Shown: piece after piece, positions 25,780 to 36,705 of the stretch | Numbering within the stretch: the first letter of the stretch is position 1 | Layout of the letters: the number at the start of each line of letters is the position of its first letter | Source of the DNA: Bacteroidales bacterium | GTDB taxonomy: Bacteria; Bacteroidota; Bacteroidia; Bacteroidales; WCHB1-69 | Direction of reading: 5' to 3' | DNA length: 56,191 bases | Assembly: GCA_045598025.1 (NCBI GenBank) | Contig: JAZLLH010000059.1 | Coordinates: 1 to 56,191, forward strand | Made by a program: the position numbers and the translations under genes | The notes under the pieces: generated by a model | What the model was told of the DNA's origin: nothing | Seen by the model: the letters and a program-made list of their open reading frames with translations, nothing else | The model's database searches: none

Positions 25780-28700
25780 ATGGCAGATTTTTTGAAGAAA
25801 CTGTTCGGTACAAAATCGGACAGGGATATGAAAGAATTGAATCCGATTGTGGACGGAATTCAGAAAGTGTACGAGCAGATTGCCCTGCTTTCCAATGATG
25901 AATTGCGGGCGAAAACTGCATCCTTCAAACAGCAGATAGCCGATGCCACACAGGAGGAAAGATCCCAGATCAGGCAGATGCGGGAACGTTTGGATAACGA
26001 ATACGACATGCCTGTGGAAGAAAAGCGTCGTCTGTACGAATCCATAGAGAAATCAGAAGATTCCATTTATCAGGTTTCGGAGGATGTATTGAACGAAATT
26101 CTTCCGGAAGCTTTTTCCGTGATGAAGGAGACGGCTCGCCGTTTCAAGGAAAATGCGGAAGTCCGGGTGACGGCCACCGATTTTGACAGGGATTTGGCTG
26201 CCCGTTACGACAATGTAACCATAGAAGGCGAACAGGCTGTATACCAGAATCATTGGATGGCCGGTGGAAACGAGATCACATGGGATATGTGCCACTACGA
26301 TGTGCAGTTGATCGGCGGCACCGTCCTGCATCAGGGAAAAATCGCCGAAATGGCCACGGGTGAAGGAAAAACTCTCGTGGCCACGCTTCCTGTCTATCTG
26401 AATGCTCTGACGGGTGAGGGAGTGCATGTGGTTACCGTGAACGATTATCTGGCCCGACGTGACTCCGAATGGATGGGCATGCTCTATATGTTCCACGGTT
26501 TGTCGGTAGACTGCATTGACAAACACGAACCGAACTCCGAAGAACGCCGTCAGGCCTACCTGGCTGACATCACTTTCGGAACCAACAACGAGTTTGGTTT
26601 CGACTACCTGCGCGACAATATGGCGCGCAATGTGGGTGAACTGGTACAGCGTCGGCACAACTACGCCATCGTGGACGAAGTGGATTCTGTGCTGATTGAT
26701 GACGCCCGTACGCCTTTGATTATTTCAGGCCCCACACCCAAAGGGGAAGATCAGGATTTCGACAAATACAAACCCATTGTCGAAAAACTGTATAATGCCC
26801 AGCGTCAGCTCGTGAATATGCTGTTGTCCGATATTCGCCGTCTGTTGGCAGACAAGAGCAATCCGAAAAACGAGGAAGAGGCCGGAAAACTTCTGCTTCG
26901 CGCCCACAGGGGGCTTCCCAAAAACAAGGCGCTGATCAAGTTGTTGAGCGAGCCAGGTATGAAGCAACTGCTGCTGAATACGGAAAGTTTCTATATGGCG
27001 GAGCAGAACAAGAACATGTACATCATTGATGACGAGCTCTATTTTGTGATTGAAGAAAAGCAGAATTCGGTGGATATCAAGGATAAAGGTATCGATTTGG
27101 TAGCCAGTGACACCCAGGATCCCAAATTCTTCATCATTCCCGACATCGGCAGTGAAATTGCCGATATGGAGCAGCAACATTTGAGTGCCGATGAGATGCT
27201 GGAACGCAAGAGCAAATTGTACAGCGAATTTTCTGCGGCATCCGACCGTATCCATACCATTCAGCAACTGCTGAAGGCCTACACCATGTTCGAACGGGAT
27301 GTGGAATACATCATCACGGCCGACAATAAGGTCAAAATCGTGGACGAGCAGACCGGTCGTGTGATGGAAGGACGCCGTTACAGCGACGGACTGCATCAGG
27401 CCATTGAAGCCAAGGAAAACGTAAAAGTCGAAGCCGCCACCCAGACCTATGCGACCATCACCCTGCAGAACTATTTCCGTATGTATCGCAAATTGGCGGG
27501 TATGACGGGTACGGCTGAAACCGAGGCCGGCGAACTGTGGAATATCTACAAGTTGGATGTGGTGACTATTCCGACGAACAAACCTGTCATCAGGGAAGAT
27601 AGGGACGATTTGATATACCGAACCAAACGTGAAAAATATGCGGCCGTCGTAGACGAAATCATCGCCTTGCACGAGCAGGGCCGGCCGGTACTGGTAGGTA
27701 CAACTTCTGTAGAGACGTCCGAACTGTTGTCCGCCATTCTGAATCGTCGGAAAATCAAGCACAATGTTCTGAATGCCAAATTGCATAAAAAGGAGGCCGA
27801 CATTGTGGCAGAAGCCGGTCGTCTGGGTACGGTAACCATTGCCACCAATATGGCCGGTCGTGGAACCGATATCAAGATTTCTCCGGAGGTGAAGGAATTG
27901 GGAGGTTTGGCCATCATAGGTACGGAACGTCACGACTCCCGCCGTGTGGACCGTCAGCTCCGTGGCCGTTCTGGCCGACAGGGCGATCCGGGCTCTTCCC
28001 AGTTCTATGTGTCACTGGAAGACGACCTGATGCGCTTATTCGGTTCCGAACGTATTGCCAAAGTGATGGACCGTCTCGGATTTCAGGAAGGTGAAGTAAT
28101 TCAGCACAGCATGATTTCCAAATCCATAGAGAAGGCCCAGAAGAAAGTGGAAGAGAACAATTTCGGTATCCGTAAGCGCCTGTTGGAATACGACGATGTG
28201 ATGAGCAAGCAGCGTGAAAGCATTTATCGCAAGCGTCGGAATGCTCTGTACGGAGATAAATTGGCTGTGGATATTGCTGAAATGTTCCAGAGTATGAGTG
28301 ATTTTATCACGACTTCGTATCAGGAAACCAAAGATTATGTAAGCTTTGAGAGAGCCTGTGTGTCCATCATGGGTTGTGAAGCTCCGGTGAGCGAGCAGGA
28401 ATTTCTCCAGATGAAATCGGCTCCCATTATTGAATCCCTGAATCAGCAGGCCTATGCCAATTACAAGGAACGCATACTGAAACTGTCAGAAAATGTGATT
28501 CCCATTATTCAAATGGTATACGACAGGGAAGGTTCCCGGTATGAAAATATCGCCATTCCGGTGACAGACGGGAAGAAGACCCTGACCATTATCGCACCCA
28601 TGAAACGCTGTTTGGAAAACGGTGCCCGCGAAGTGGCCCTGTCCATTGAAAAATGCCTGGTGTTGGCCGTGATTGACGATGCTTGGAAGGAGCATCTTCG

Positions 28701-29070
28701 CGCCATGGACGATTTGAAGCAGTCTGTGCAGAATGCTTCTTATGAGCAGAAGGATCCCTTGCTGGTATACAAATTCGAATCCTATGACCTGTATTCCAAT
28801 ATGCTGACGGACATTTACCGCGATGTGGTCACTTTCCTTTGCAAGGGTCAGGTGCCTGTTCGCGAGCCACAGAATATGCGCTCTTCCAATGTTCCTAAAC
28901 AGGATGTCCGACTGAAAGAAGGTCGGGAAGAGGTGAATTCCAACACCAATGCTCCCCAGCAGAGGGAAGTCACTCAGCCAATCAAGGTGGAAAAAAGAGT
29001 GGGAAGAAATGATCCCTGCCCTTGCGGCAGTGGAAAAAAATACAAGAACTGTCACGGGAGGGTCAGTTAA
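25780..29070 (+). CDS. secA: Preprotein translocase subunit SecA
   Basis: [54 protein letters not shown] motif [18 protein letters not shown]. Confidence 0.98.
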   Translation: MADFLKKLFGTKSDRDMKELNPIVDGIQKVYEQIALLSNDELRAKTASFKQQIADATQEERSQIRQMRERLDNEYDMPVEEKRRLYESIEKSEDSIYQVSEDVLNEILPEAFSVMKETARRFKENAEVRVTATDFDRDLAARYDNVTIEGEQAVYQNHWMAGGNEITWDMCHYDVQLIGGTVLHQGKIAEMATGEGKTLVATLPVYLNALTGEGVHVVTVNDYLARRDSEWMGMLYMFHGLSVDCIDKHEPNSEERRQAYLADITFGTNNEFGFDYLRDNMARNVGELVQRRHNYAIVDEVDSVLIDDARTPLIISGPTPKGEDQDFDKYKPIVEKLYNAQRQLVNMLLSDIRRLLADKSNPKNEEEAGKLLLRAHRGLPKNKALIKLLSEPGMKQLLLNTESFYMAEQNKNMYIIDDELYFVIEEKQNSVDIKDKGIDLVASDTQDPKFFIIPDIGSEIADMEQQHLSADEMLERKSKLYSEFSAASDRIHTIQQLLKAYTMFERDVEYIITADNKVKIVDEQTGRVMEGRRYSDGLHQAIEAKENVKVEAATQTYATITLQNYFRMYRKLAGMTGTAETEAGELWNIYKLDVVTIPTNKPVIREDRDDLIYRTKREKYAAVVDEIIALHEQGRPVLVGTTSVETSELLSAILNRRKIKHNVLNAKLHKKEADIVAEAGRLGTVTIATNMAGRGTDIKISPEVKELGGLAIIGTERHDSRRVDRQLRGRSGRQGDPGSSQFYVSLEDDLMRLFGSERIAKVMDRLGFQEGEVIQHSMISKSIEKAQKKVEENNFGIRKRLLEYDDVMSKQRESIYRKRRNALYGDKLAVDIAEMFQSMSDFITTSYQETKDYVSFERACVSIMGCEAPVSEQEFLQMKSAPIIESLNQQAYANYKERILKLSENVIPIIQMVYDREGSRYENIAIPVTDGKKTLTIIAPMKRCLENGAREVALSIEKCLVLAVIDDAWKEHLRAMDDLKQSVQNASYEQKDPLLVYKFESYDLYSNMLTDIYRDVVTFLCKGQVPVREPQNMRSSNVPKQDVRLKEGREEVNSNTNAPQQREVTQPIKVEKRVGRNDPCPCGSGKKYKNCHGRVS

Positions 29071-29076
29071 GGCAGC

Positions 29077-30213
29077 ATGAAACGCGTTGTCCTTTCCGTC
29101 ACTAACGATTTGTACACCGATCCGAGGGTAGACAAAGTATCCCATAGCCTGGAAAAAATGGGCTGTCGGGTTCTTCTGTTGGGGAGGCGTTATGCCGATT
29201 CTCCTGCTCTGCAGGCTCGTACGTATCAGACGGACCGTATGCGTATGTTCTTTCGTAAGGGACCTCTGTTTTATGCAGAATTCAATATCCGTTTGTTTTT
29301 CCGTTTGCTGTTTACTCCCTGCGATATTCTGGTTGCCAATGATTTAGATACTTTATTGCCCAATGTGCTGGTGAGCCGTCTCCGTCGCAAGCCCTTGGTG
29401 TATGACAGTCATGAATATTTTTGTCAGGTTCTGGAGGTGGTATCCCGCCCCAGAGTTCAGGCGGTATGGCATCGCATTGAGCGGTATTGTTTCCCGAAAC
29501 TGGAACGGGTAATCACGGTATCGGATTCCATTGCCGAAGCGTATGCAAAGGAATACGGAAAAAAGGTTGAGGTGGTCCGGAATGTTCCCGTGCGCAGCAC
29601 GAATGTGTCTCCGTGCTGCCGTAAGGATTTGGGACTGCCCGAAGATAAGAAAATCATCATATTGCAGGGCAATGCCATTCATAAAGACAGAGGCGGCGAA
29701 GTCCTGGTGGAAGCCATGCCCTGTCTGCCGGATGAAGTCCTGCTGTTGGTCGTGGGTTCCGGAGATGCCCTGCCGTGGATGCGGCAAAGGGTGGAGGAAC
29801 TGCATATACAGGATAGGGTCCGTTTTGTCGGAAGAGTTGCTCCGGAGCGTTTGTCGGATTACACCCGCTGTGCGGATGTGGGCGTATCATTTGACCGGAA
29901 TGTATGTTTGAATCATTATTTCAGTTTGCCGAACAAACTGTTCGAGTACATTCAGGCCGGCCTTCCTTTGTTGGTGTCCGATTTGCCAGAGAGGCGCCGT
30001 ATCGTGGAAACCTACGGTGTCGGAATGGTCTTGGACGATTTGCGGCCTCAGGCAGTAGCTGCTTCCGTTCGGAAACTGCTGTTGGATGACGTTTTTTATG
30101 CTTTGTGCAAAAAGCATTGTCTGGAAGCTGCGCAGGTGTTGCATTGGGAAAATGAAGAGAAAATTTTAAAAAAGATATACATTCCTTTGATTAATACAGA
30201 AAAAAATATTTAA
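29077..30213 (+). CDS. Glycosyltransferase family 4
   Basis: NDL..DPRVDK, VANDLDTL, VYDSHE, SLPNKLFEYIQAGLP. Confidence 0.88.
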   Translation: MKRVVLSVTNDLYTDPRVDKVSHSLEKMGCRVLLLGRRYADSPALQARTYQTDRMRMFFRKGPLFYAEFNIRLFFRLLFTPCDILVANDLDTLLPNVLVSRLRRKPLVYDSHEYFCQVLEVVSRPRVQAVWHRIERYCFPKLERVITVSDSIAEAYAKEYGKKVEVVRNVPVRSTNVSPCCRKDLGLPEDKKIIILQGNAIHKDRGGEVLVEAMPCLPDEVLLLVVGSGDALPWMRQRVEELHIQDRVRFVGRVAPERLSDYTRCADVGVSFDRNVCLNHYFSLPNKLFEYIQAGLPLLVSDLPERRRIVETYGVGMVLDDLRPQAVAASVRKLLLDDVFYALCKKHCLEAAQVLHWENEEKILKKIYIPLINTEKNI

Positions 30214-30221
30214 ATCAATCC

Positions 30222-31202
30222 ATGAGATATACAGTTGTCACTGGGGCAGCCGGTTTTATAGGAAGCTGCATGATTCAAAAATTGCATGAGGACGGTGTGG
30301 AAAACATCGTGGCAGTAGACGATTTTTCAAAAACGGAAAAACTCCGGAACACGGAAGATAAATCCTATATTCATAAGGTCAGTCGAACAGAATTTTTTTC
30401 GTGGTTGGAAATGAATTCCAATCAGGTGGATTTCGTTATACACCTGGGCGCGCGGACTGACACGACGGAAACCCGCTGGGAGATTTTCCAGGAATTGAAT
30501 CTGAACTATACCAAAGAGGTATGGTCAGCCTGTACCTATTACCGGATTCCTATGATTTATGCTTCATCGGCAGCCACATACGGAGCCGGAGAACACGGAT
30601 ATGGGGATAGTCATTCCGTAGTGGAAAAGCTGGAGCCCCTCAACCTCTATGGCATTTCCAAAAATGAATTTGACAAATGGGCACTCGCCAAAGATGACGA
30701 AGAAGAAACACCTCCTTTTTGGGCCGGTTTGAAGTTTTTCAATGTGTATGGGCCGAACGAATACCACAAGGGACGTATGGCTTCCGTTATATTGCATTCT
30801 TTCCATCAGATCAATGAGAGTGGCAAGGTAAAGCTGTTCCGTTCGCATCGTTCTGATTATAAAGATGGTGAACAGCTACGTGATTTCGTGTATGTCAAGG
30901 ACCTGGTAAAGGTGATTCGTTTTCTGATGCTCAATCGGCCGCACAATGGTTTGTACAATCTGGGTACAGGTCATGCCCGCTCGTTTTATGATTTGGCTGT
31001 GGCCACCTTCAATGCCATGGGAAAGGAAGTGCACATCGAATTTGTCGATACGCCTTTGGACATCCGTGACAAGTACCAGTATTTTACGGAAGCGGATATG
31101 GATAAACTTCGCAAAGCCGGGTACGAAGAGGATTTTTATACTTTGGAAGAAGGTGTGTCCGACTATGTGCGCAACTATCTGATTCCCGATAAGTGCTGGT
31201 AA
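30222..31202 (+). CDS. rfaD: ADP-L-glycero-D-manno-heptose 6-epimerase
   Basis: TGAAGFIGS, YASSAATYG, YGISK, LKFFNVYGPNEYHKGRMAS, QLRDFVYV, YQYFTEAD. Confidence 0.9.
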   Translation: MRYTVVTGAAGFIGSCMIQKLHEDGVENIVAVDDFSKTEKLRNTEDKSYIHKVSRTEFFSWLEMNSNQVDFVIHLGARTDTTETRWEIFQELNLNYTKEVWSACTYYRIPMIYASSAATYGAGEHGYGDSHSVVEKLEPLNLYGISKNEFDKWALAKDDEEETPPFWAGLKFFNVYGPNEYHKGRMASVILHSFHQINESGKVKLFRSHRSDYKDGEQLRDFVYVKDLVKVIRFLMLNRPHNGLYNLGTGHARSFYDLAVATFNAMGKEVHIEFVDTPLDIRDKYQYFTEADMDKLRKAGYEEDFYTLEEGVSDYVRNYLIPDKCW

Positions 31203-31233
31203 TACGGCAAACTCAAAGTATTCCGAAAGAAGG

Positions 31234-32139
31234 TTACGTCGTTTGTTTCCGGTAGTGTTTCGGTGAACATCCCACGTGTTCCTTGAAGTATTTCCCAAAG
31301 AAAGACTGACTGCAGAAATTCAATTCGTCGCTGATTTCCTGTATGGTTTTTCCTGTGTTTTTCAACAGGTTTTTTGACTCGTTGATTACTACTTCATTTA
31401 TCCAGTCGGAAGCATGGTATCCGCTGACTTCATGTACAATGGTTGAGAGATATTTAGGCGTGATATGGAGTCTTTCCGCATAGTATCGGACGCTTCTCTC
31501 CTGCTTGTAGTGGGAGGAAAGTTCCTGAAGAAAGGATTCTACATATTCATCTTTTCGGTTTTTTTCCCGTTTGGGCTGCTTTTCGATAAGACGGCTGGCA
31601 ATGTCACACAATTCGTAGGTCAACCCCAGGAGCATGTGCCGTATCACATCGTTATTGAAGGCACCCTTGGGAAGTATTCTCCTTTTTTCAAAAAAATCCT
31701 GGTATTCACGGATGATGCTGATTTCTTCCGGAGAAAGATGATTGCATGGGTTTTTGCGCAGAAATAGGAAAAAATTTAGGAATCCTTGAATCTGTATTAG
31801 TTGCATGGATATTTCAGGTGTGAGAATAATGCAACTGCAGTGGAAACCGTTGTTTTTTACCATGGAAATCCATTGGTCCGGTAGCAGAACCATCAAATCG
31901 TCCTTGCGGATATCATAATCCTTCAGATTGATGCGTAATGTGCAGGAACCGCTGGTGCAGCATCCGATGATGGTGACTTTGTTGACAGCCGTTTCTTCAA
32001 AATCGTGAATACCTCCGAAATCACTGACAATGACCAGATGGTCGTCAACGATTTCCGTTTCGATTTTGTCTCGGTGCGAGCGAAGTTCCTGTTGAACCGT
32101 CTGTATGTCCCAAAGTAGCGGCGTTTTCGATGTATTCAT
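31234..32139 (-). CDS. AraC family transcriptional regulator
   Basis: C-terminal YYAERLHITPKYLS...IQEISDELNF..QSFFGKYFK..G.SP..YR. Start moved to ATG 32139, 4 nt after the RND stop. Confidence 0.92.
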   Translation of the reverse strand: MNTSKTPLLWDIQTVQQELRSHRDKIETEIVDDHLVIVSDFGGIHDFEETAVNKVTIIGCCTSGSCTLRINLKDYDIRKDDLMVLLPDQWISMVKNNGFHCSCIILTPEISMQLIQIQGFLNFFLFLRKNPCNHLSPEEISIIREYQDFFEKRRILPKGAFNNDVIRHMLLGLTYELCDIASRLIEKQPKREKNRKDEYVESFLQELSSHYKQERSVRYYAERLHITPKYLSTIVHEVSGYHASDWINEVVINESKNLLKNTGKTIQEISDELNFCSQSFFGKYFKEHVGCSPKHYRKQTT

Positions 32140-32143
32140 TTTT

Positions 32144-35100
32144 TTATCGTATTTCTCTTCCGTTGGCCTGCAGGTATTGCTGATAGGCTGTCCGCAGGCT
32201 TGCTTTTGCTTCAGTGACGGCAGCACAGGCATTCTGCCATACGCTCTGTGCTTCCAGATATTCGGATAGACTGATCATGCCGGCTTCGTAATAATGCTTG
32301 CTTTCTTGCATGTTTTCAGCAGCTTGAGAACGGGACTCCTCCCGTATGGCGAGTTCATCGCAAAGTTTTTCCACTTCGTCGGCTGTCTGTCGCATTTGCA
32401 GAGACATCATTTCGCTCATTTCCAGCTTTTTGTTTTCTGCCATCTGAAGCTCAATCTTTTGTTTCCGGTACTGATGGGAGTTTCCCCACCAGGCACTCAG
32501 CGGTATTTTGGCTGTCGCGAAAAGGAAGGCGTTCCCCATGTCGGCTCCCAAGAGGTTGTAATAAAGCGCGGCTGCGCCGATTCCTATTTCGGGAAGGCTT
32601 TCTCCCAGTACCATTTTAGCTTTCAGTTCTTCGGCTTTTACATTCAGATCCAGCAATTTATATTCGTTGCGCAGTCTCAGGGATTCATCCAGGTCAAAAT
32701 CTGTTTTCAGCATTTCCGGATGTATATCCAGAGAATCTGTGAGGACAATGCTGTCCTGATATGGTATACCGATACTTTGACAGAGTGCCATGGTCGCCAG
32801 GCGAATCCCGTTTTCCAAGGTATTTCCGGCGCTTCGGATTTCGTTGCGTTTCAGTTGTACTTTGAGTTTGTCCGTCTTTGTGGCTACGCCGGCTTCGTAT
32901 GCGGCATCCACATCGCGTGACAGAGTGTCGAGCAGGGTGGACAGGCTGCGGATAATCTGTCGCTTTTCTGTCAGCGAAACGATCAGCCAATAATTCTGTT
33001 CCACTTTGATCAGGGCATTCTGTCCGGACATATTCTGCTGGCATTCGGCTGCCTCTACACCGATTTGGGCCAGGCGGTTGCCGTTGATGATGCGTCCGCC
33101 AGCAAAAATTGGCTGAATGGCGGTAAGCATGGCAGTCGCACCTTGATCAAGAGCTTTGATGTCGACCTCGTAGGAAAAGTCTTTTGCATAGGCAGCGAAG
33201 TCGCGCAGGTCAACATTCAGCATTTTCAGAACTGCGCCCAATTGCGAATTTTCCAAATCTGCCACCAGACTGTTCAAATCGTTGTCTTTATATTTGATTT
33301 TCAAATCAATATCTGCGTTATCCCTTTCGGAATTCGCATCCAGTAACGGACTGGCTGTCTGGAAGGCCAAAGCGGAGGCACTTATAGTGGGGAAGTAGCG
33401 GGTAAAGGCGTATTTTTTTGTTTCTTTGGCCGATTCTATGGCTAATTGGCTGTTTTTTACATCATAGTGATTGCGCAATGCCAGGCTGCGGCAACTGTCC
33501 AAAGAGAGGCGGAGAGGTTGCTGCGCATAGGAGGCAGAAGGCACACACAGGCAGCATCCGACGAGAAGTGCTCCCAAAGCACGGTTCGTTTTGCGGCGAT
33601 TGATTTTTTCATTTTTCTCGAAAATTTTCCAATAAGCGATGGGCAGCACGGTCACAATCAGAATGAAGGAGAACAGCATTCCGAAGCAGATGATGATACC
33701 CATGGGCATCCATAAAGTGCTGCGGCTGATGATCATGGGAATGACTCCGGCTGCAGCGCAGGCACATGTGAGGAAAATAGGCCGCATTCTCCGTTTCCCG
33801 GCTTCGAGTGCGGCTTCCTTTACCGACATGCCTTCCCGTATGCGTTCTTCTGCATATTGGAACATAATGATGGCGTTGCGGACTACAATGCCGACCAGGC
33901 TCACTATTCCCAGTATGGAGGTAATGCCGAAGTCTGTGTGGAAAATTTTCAGTCCGATGACGGCTCCCAACAGGCAGAGCAGGGTAGAAGCCAGTGAAAG
34001 AAGTGCCAGACTGATTTTTTTCAATGCGTATACCAGACAGAAGAAAATGATCAGAATCATCAGAATGAAACCGGAAATCAGTTCAGGGCGCAGTTCGTTG
34101 TTGGTTTCTTCCAGACCTCCGTAAGAAAATTCCATTCCTTCTGGCAGAATGTTGGAGAATTCTTTCCGCATATAGTGTTTGATCCGTTTCATTACGACGG
34201 GCTGGCTTTGTCCATAGCGCAGGTCGGCACTGACGGTGATGCAGTGTACGCCGTTCCGGCGGACAATCTGTACGGGTTCCCATACCGGAGTAACGCTCGC
34301 AACCTGGCTGAGAGGCACCCATACACCCGGCAGCAGGGTGGGTACGAGTTCTTCCTTTAGGGATGCAATGTTTTGGTTACTGTCGCGTCCGGTTTTCAGT
34401 GTGACAGGAATGGCGTAGTCGTCTTCCCAAAGGGTAGTCAGAGGTGTCCCTCCGTATTGGGAGGCCAGGCTCAGACCCAATGTGGTTTGGGTGATACCCA
34501 GGCGGGAAGCCTCAATCGGATCCATCCGAACGTTGGCATAGGTTTGAAAACCTTCAAAATCCGTGTGTATCCAGGATAGCCGGTCATCCATGGTGTGAAG
34601 GAAACGGGTCAGGGTGTCGGCATAATCCTTCAAAGTGGCGATATCGTCCCCTTTCAAGCGGATTTCAATGGCATTTTTGGCTGATTGATAGTCCAGGTGT
34701 TTGAAGCGCAGCAATGCATTGGGGAAATGATGTTCCAAGGAGTCCGAGTATTTGGACAAAATCCTTTCGGTGGCTTGTACGGAGCGGGTGTTGACAATAA
34801 ATTGGGCATAATTTTTACCGGGCAGGCTAGGGGCATATGTAATCATGAAACGGGGAGATCCGCTGCCGTAAAAGGCGGTGATGGCTTCCACGTCCTTGTC
34901 TTTTTTCAATATGGATTCCAGACTGTCGCAGACCGAGATGGTCTGTTGTAGGGAACTGCCTTGCGGCAGACGTATTTCCAGAGCGAAACTGTCCCGTTCT
35001 GCCTGCGGCATCATCTGAATATTGGTATGGAAGAGAAACATCCAAACAGCAAGAAAGATGGTTCCAATGCCTAAACACAGCGTCAGGAAAGGGTGTCTGA

Positions 35101-36694
35101 AGCATTTCTCGAGTATCCATTCGTATCCTCCCTGCAGCAGTTTGAAAAATTGGTTTTGGGCGCGGACGGCTCTGGAAATTTTTTCTTCCTCCACAGGCAT
35201 GGGACGGATGAATCTGGCGGCCCAGTACGGAATCAGCAGTACGGCTACCAAAAGTGAAATCAGCAGAGCAAAGGTAAAAGGCCAGGGAAAATGCTGGACA
35301 AATTCGCCTATGGGTCCTGTCATGGTGACCATGAAGGGGAAAAAGGCCAGTGCCATGGCCAGAGTGGCCACGAGTAGCGGCTCGAAGTAGGTGTCGGCAC
35401 TCTGTATGGCGGCTTCCTTGGGAGACATGCCATGCTCCGTATTGTGGATGAATCCGTCTATGATCACAATGGCATTGTCTACAATCATTCCCAATACCAC
35501 AATCAGAGAGGCCAGAGTGACCGTATTGATTTCCATTTTGAAGGCATACATCAATGCCCAGGTGATAGTGATAGTGACGGGAATGCTGGATGCCGTGACC
35601 ATAGCGGATCGGAAGGGAAACAGCATCAGCATGACGAAAATGACAACGAGGACGGCAACCAGTAAATCGCGCAGGAAGGAATACACCGACGAACTCACTA
35701 CTTTGGGAAGGTCGGTAATGCGGTAAAGCCGAACATCGTCCGGAAGAGTGCTCTGGAATGCGGCCAGCCGTTTTTCAATCTGTTTCCCGAATGTGACAAT
35801 GTTGTTGCCGGACTGCATTTCTACGGAAAGGACCAGCGCGTTTTCTCCGTCTTTGCGTATGAAGGACGAAGGATCTTCATATTGCCGGACGATTTGAGCC
35901 ACGTCCTTCAGCCGGATGATACGTCCCATGGGATCTGAGTATACAATCTGTTCTCCGATTTCTTTCTCATTGCTCAGAGGACTTTCGATGTGTATGGGAA
36001 TAATGTTGTTTTCGCTTTTCAGCGTACCTCCGGTAGGAATGAGCCCCTGTGTGAAAAGTTCTGCCATCAGCGTTTTGTTGCTGATACCGTAGGAGGCCAG
36101 TTTTTCCTGATCAATAATGACATTGATTTCTTCTTTCTGTTCACCATATACTTTGATGTTTCCCACCGCCTTGACCGTGCGCAGTTGGTCGCACAATCCA
36201 TCCATATAGCGGTGCAACTCTTTGTAGGTCTTGTCTTTGGATTGAATGGTAATCAGCAGGGAGGAGGTGTTTCCGAAATCGTCATTTACGACAACGGCCA
36301 ATACGCCCGAAGGCAGTTTGGATTTGAAGTCTTTGAGCCCGTGCCGTATTTTGGACCATACTTCGGTTTTGTCGTTCACGCTTTTTTCCAGAGAAACGAA
36401 AATATAGACAATACCATTCTGTGAATAGGAATATGTTTTCTCCTTGCAGACTTCGGGATAGGTAAAGAGAAAGTTTTCCAAGGGTTTGGTTACCTGGAAT
36501 TCCATTTCTTCCGGAGTGGCTCCCGGGTATGCAGCTCCTACGATTCCTTCTCTCAGGGTGAATTCCGGGAATTCCTGTTTGTTCATACCAATCAGTCCGT
36601 AAATGCCGTATGCGACCATCAGCCCGACAACAAGGTACACTATGTTCCGTGAACGCATCACGGATTCCACTATGCCTGATTTTTTCTGTTTCAT
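32144..36694 (-). CDS. RND efflux permease (AcrB-like, ~aa 1-1025) fused to a TolC-family outer-membrane factor (~aa 1058-1516)
   Basis: EFPEFT, VNDDFG, GMIVDNAIV, GIVVRNAI, RMRPIFLT; then a signal-peptide-like linker and a TolC pattern LSLDSC..LA..N, YFPTISAS, QPIFAGG, YEAGM...EYLEAQ. One uninterrupted ORF. Confidence 0.9.
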   Translation of the reverse strand: MKQKKSGIVESVMRSRNIVYLVVGLMVAYGIYGLIGMNKQEFPEFTLREGIVGAAYPGATPEEMEFQVTKPLENFLFTYPEVCKEKTYSYSQNGIVYIFVSLEKSVNDKTEVWSKIRHGLKDFKSKLPSGVLAVVVNDDFGNTSSLLITIQSKDKTYKELHRYMDGLCDQLRTVKAVGNIKVYGEQKEEINVIIDQEKLASYGISNKTLMAELFTQGLIPTGGTLKSENNIIPIHIESPLSNEKEIGEQIVYSDPMGRIIRLKDVAQIVRQYEDPSSFIRKDGENALVLSVEMQSGNNIVTFGKQIEKRLAAFQSTLPDDVRLYRITDLPKVVSSSVYSFLRDLLVAVLVVIFVMLMLFPFRSAMVTASSIPVTITITWALMYAFKMEINTVTLASLIVVLGMIVDNAIVIIDGFIHNTEHGMSPKEAAIQSADTYFEPLLVATLAMALAFFPFMVTMTGPIGEFVQHFPWPFTFALLISLLVAVLLIPYWAARFIRPMPVEEEKISRAVRAQNQFFKLLQGGYEWILEKCFRHPFLTLCLGIGTIFLAVWMFLFHTNIQMMPQAERDSFALEIRLPQGSSLQQTISVCDSLESILKKDKDVEAITAFYGSGSPRFMITYAPSLPGKNYAQFIVNTRSVQATERILSKYSDSLEHHFPNALLRFKHLDYQSAKNAIEIRLKGDDIATLKDYADTLTRFLHTMDDRLSWIHTDFEGFQTYANVRMDPIEASRLGITQTTLGLSLASQYGGTPLTTLWEDDYAIPVTLKTGRDSNQNIASLKEELVPTLLPGVWVPLSQVASVTPVWEPVQIVRRNGVHCITVSADLRYGQSQPVVMKRIKHYMRKEFSNILPEGMEFSYGGLEETNNELRPELISGFILMILIIFFCLVYALKKISLALLSLASTLLCLLGAVIGLKIFHTDFGITSILGIVSLVGIVVRNAIIMFQYAEERIREGMSVKEAALEAGKRRMRPIFLTCACAAAGVIPMIISRSTLWMPMGIIICFGMLFSFILIVTVLPIAYWKIFEKNEKINRRKTNRALGALLVGCCLCVPSASYAQQPLRLSLDSCRSLALRNHYDVKNSQLAIESAKETKKYAFTRYFPTISASALAFQTASPLLDANSERDNADIDLKIKYKDNDLNSLVADLENSQLGAVLKMLNVDLRDFAAYAKDFSYEVDIKALDQGATAMLTAIQPIFAGGRIINGNRLAQIGVEAAECQQNMSGQNALIKVEQNYWLIVSLTEKRQIIRSLSTLLDTLSRDVDAAYEAGVATKTDKLKVQLKRNEIRSAGNTLENGIRLATMALCQSIGIPYQDSIVLTDSLDIHPEMLKTDFDLDESLRLRNEYKLLDLNVKAEELKAKMVLGESLPEIGIGAAALYYNLLGADMGNAFLFATAKIPLSAWWGNSHQYRKQKIELQMAENKKLEMSEMMSLQMRQTADEVEKLCDELAIREESRSQAAENMQESKHYYEAGMISLSEYLEAQSVWQNACAAVTEAKASLRTAYQQYLQANGREIR

Positions 36695-36705
36695 ACAGAT
36701 GCCTC

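Noticed and set aside
23572-28000. Long minus-strand ORFs (23572-25071, 26725-27933)
   Set aside because: They are antisense shadows of the OmpA-like gene, queG and secA, which have clear family motifs.
33455-33612. Out-of-frame ATG AAA AAA TCA ATC (MKKSI) at the RND/TolC junction, as a possible separate tolC start
   Set aside because: That frame closes after ~50 codons and is not the TolC frame. A two-gene model would need two compensating indels, while the fused frame already has a complete signal peptide.
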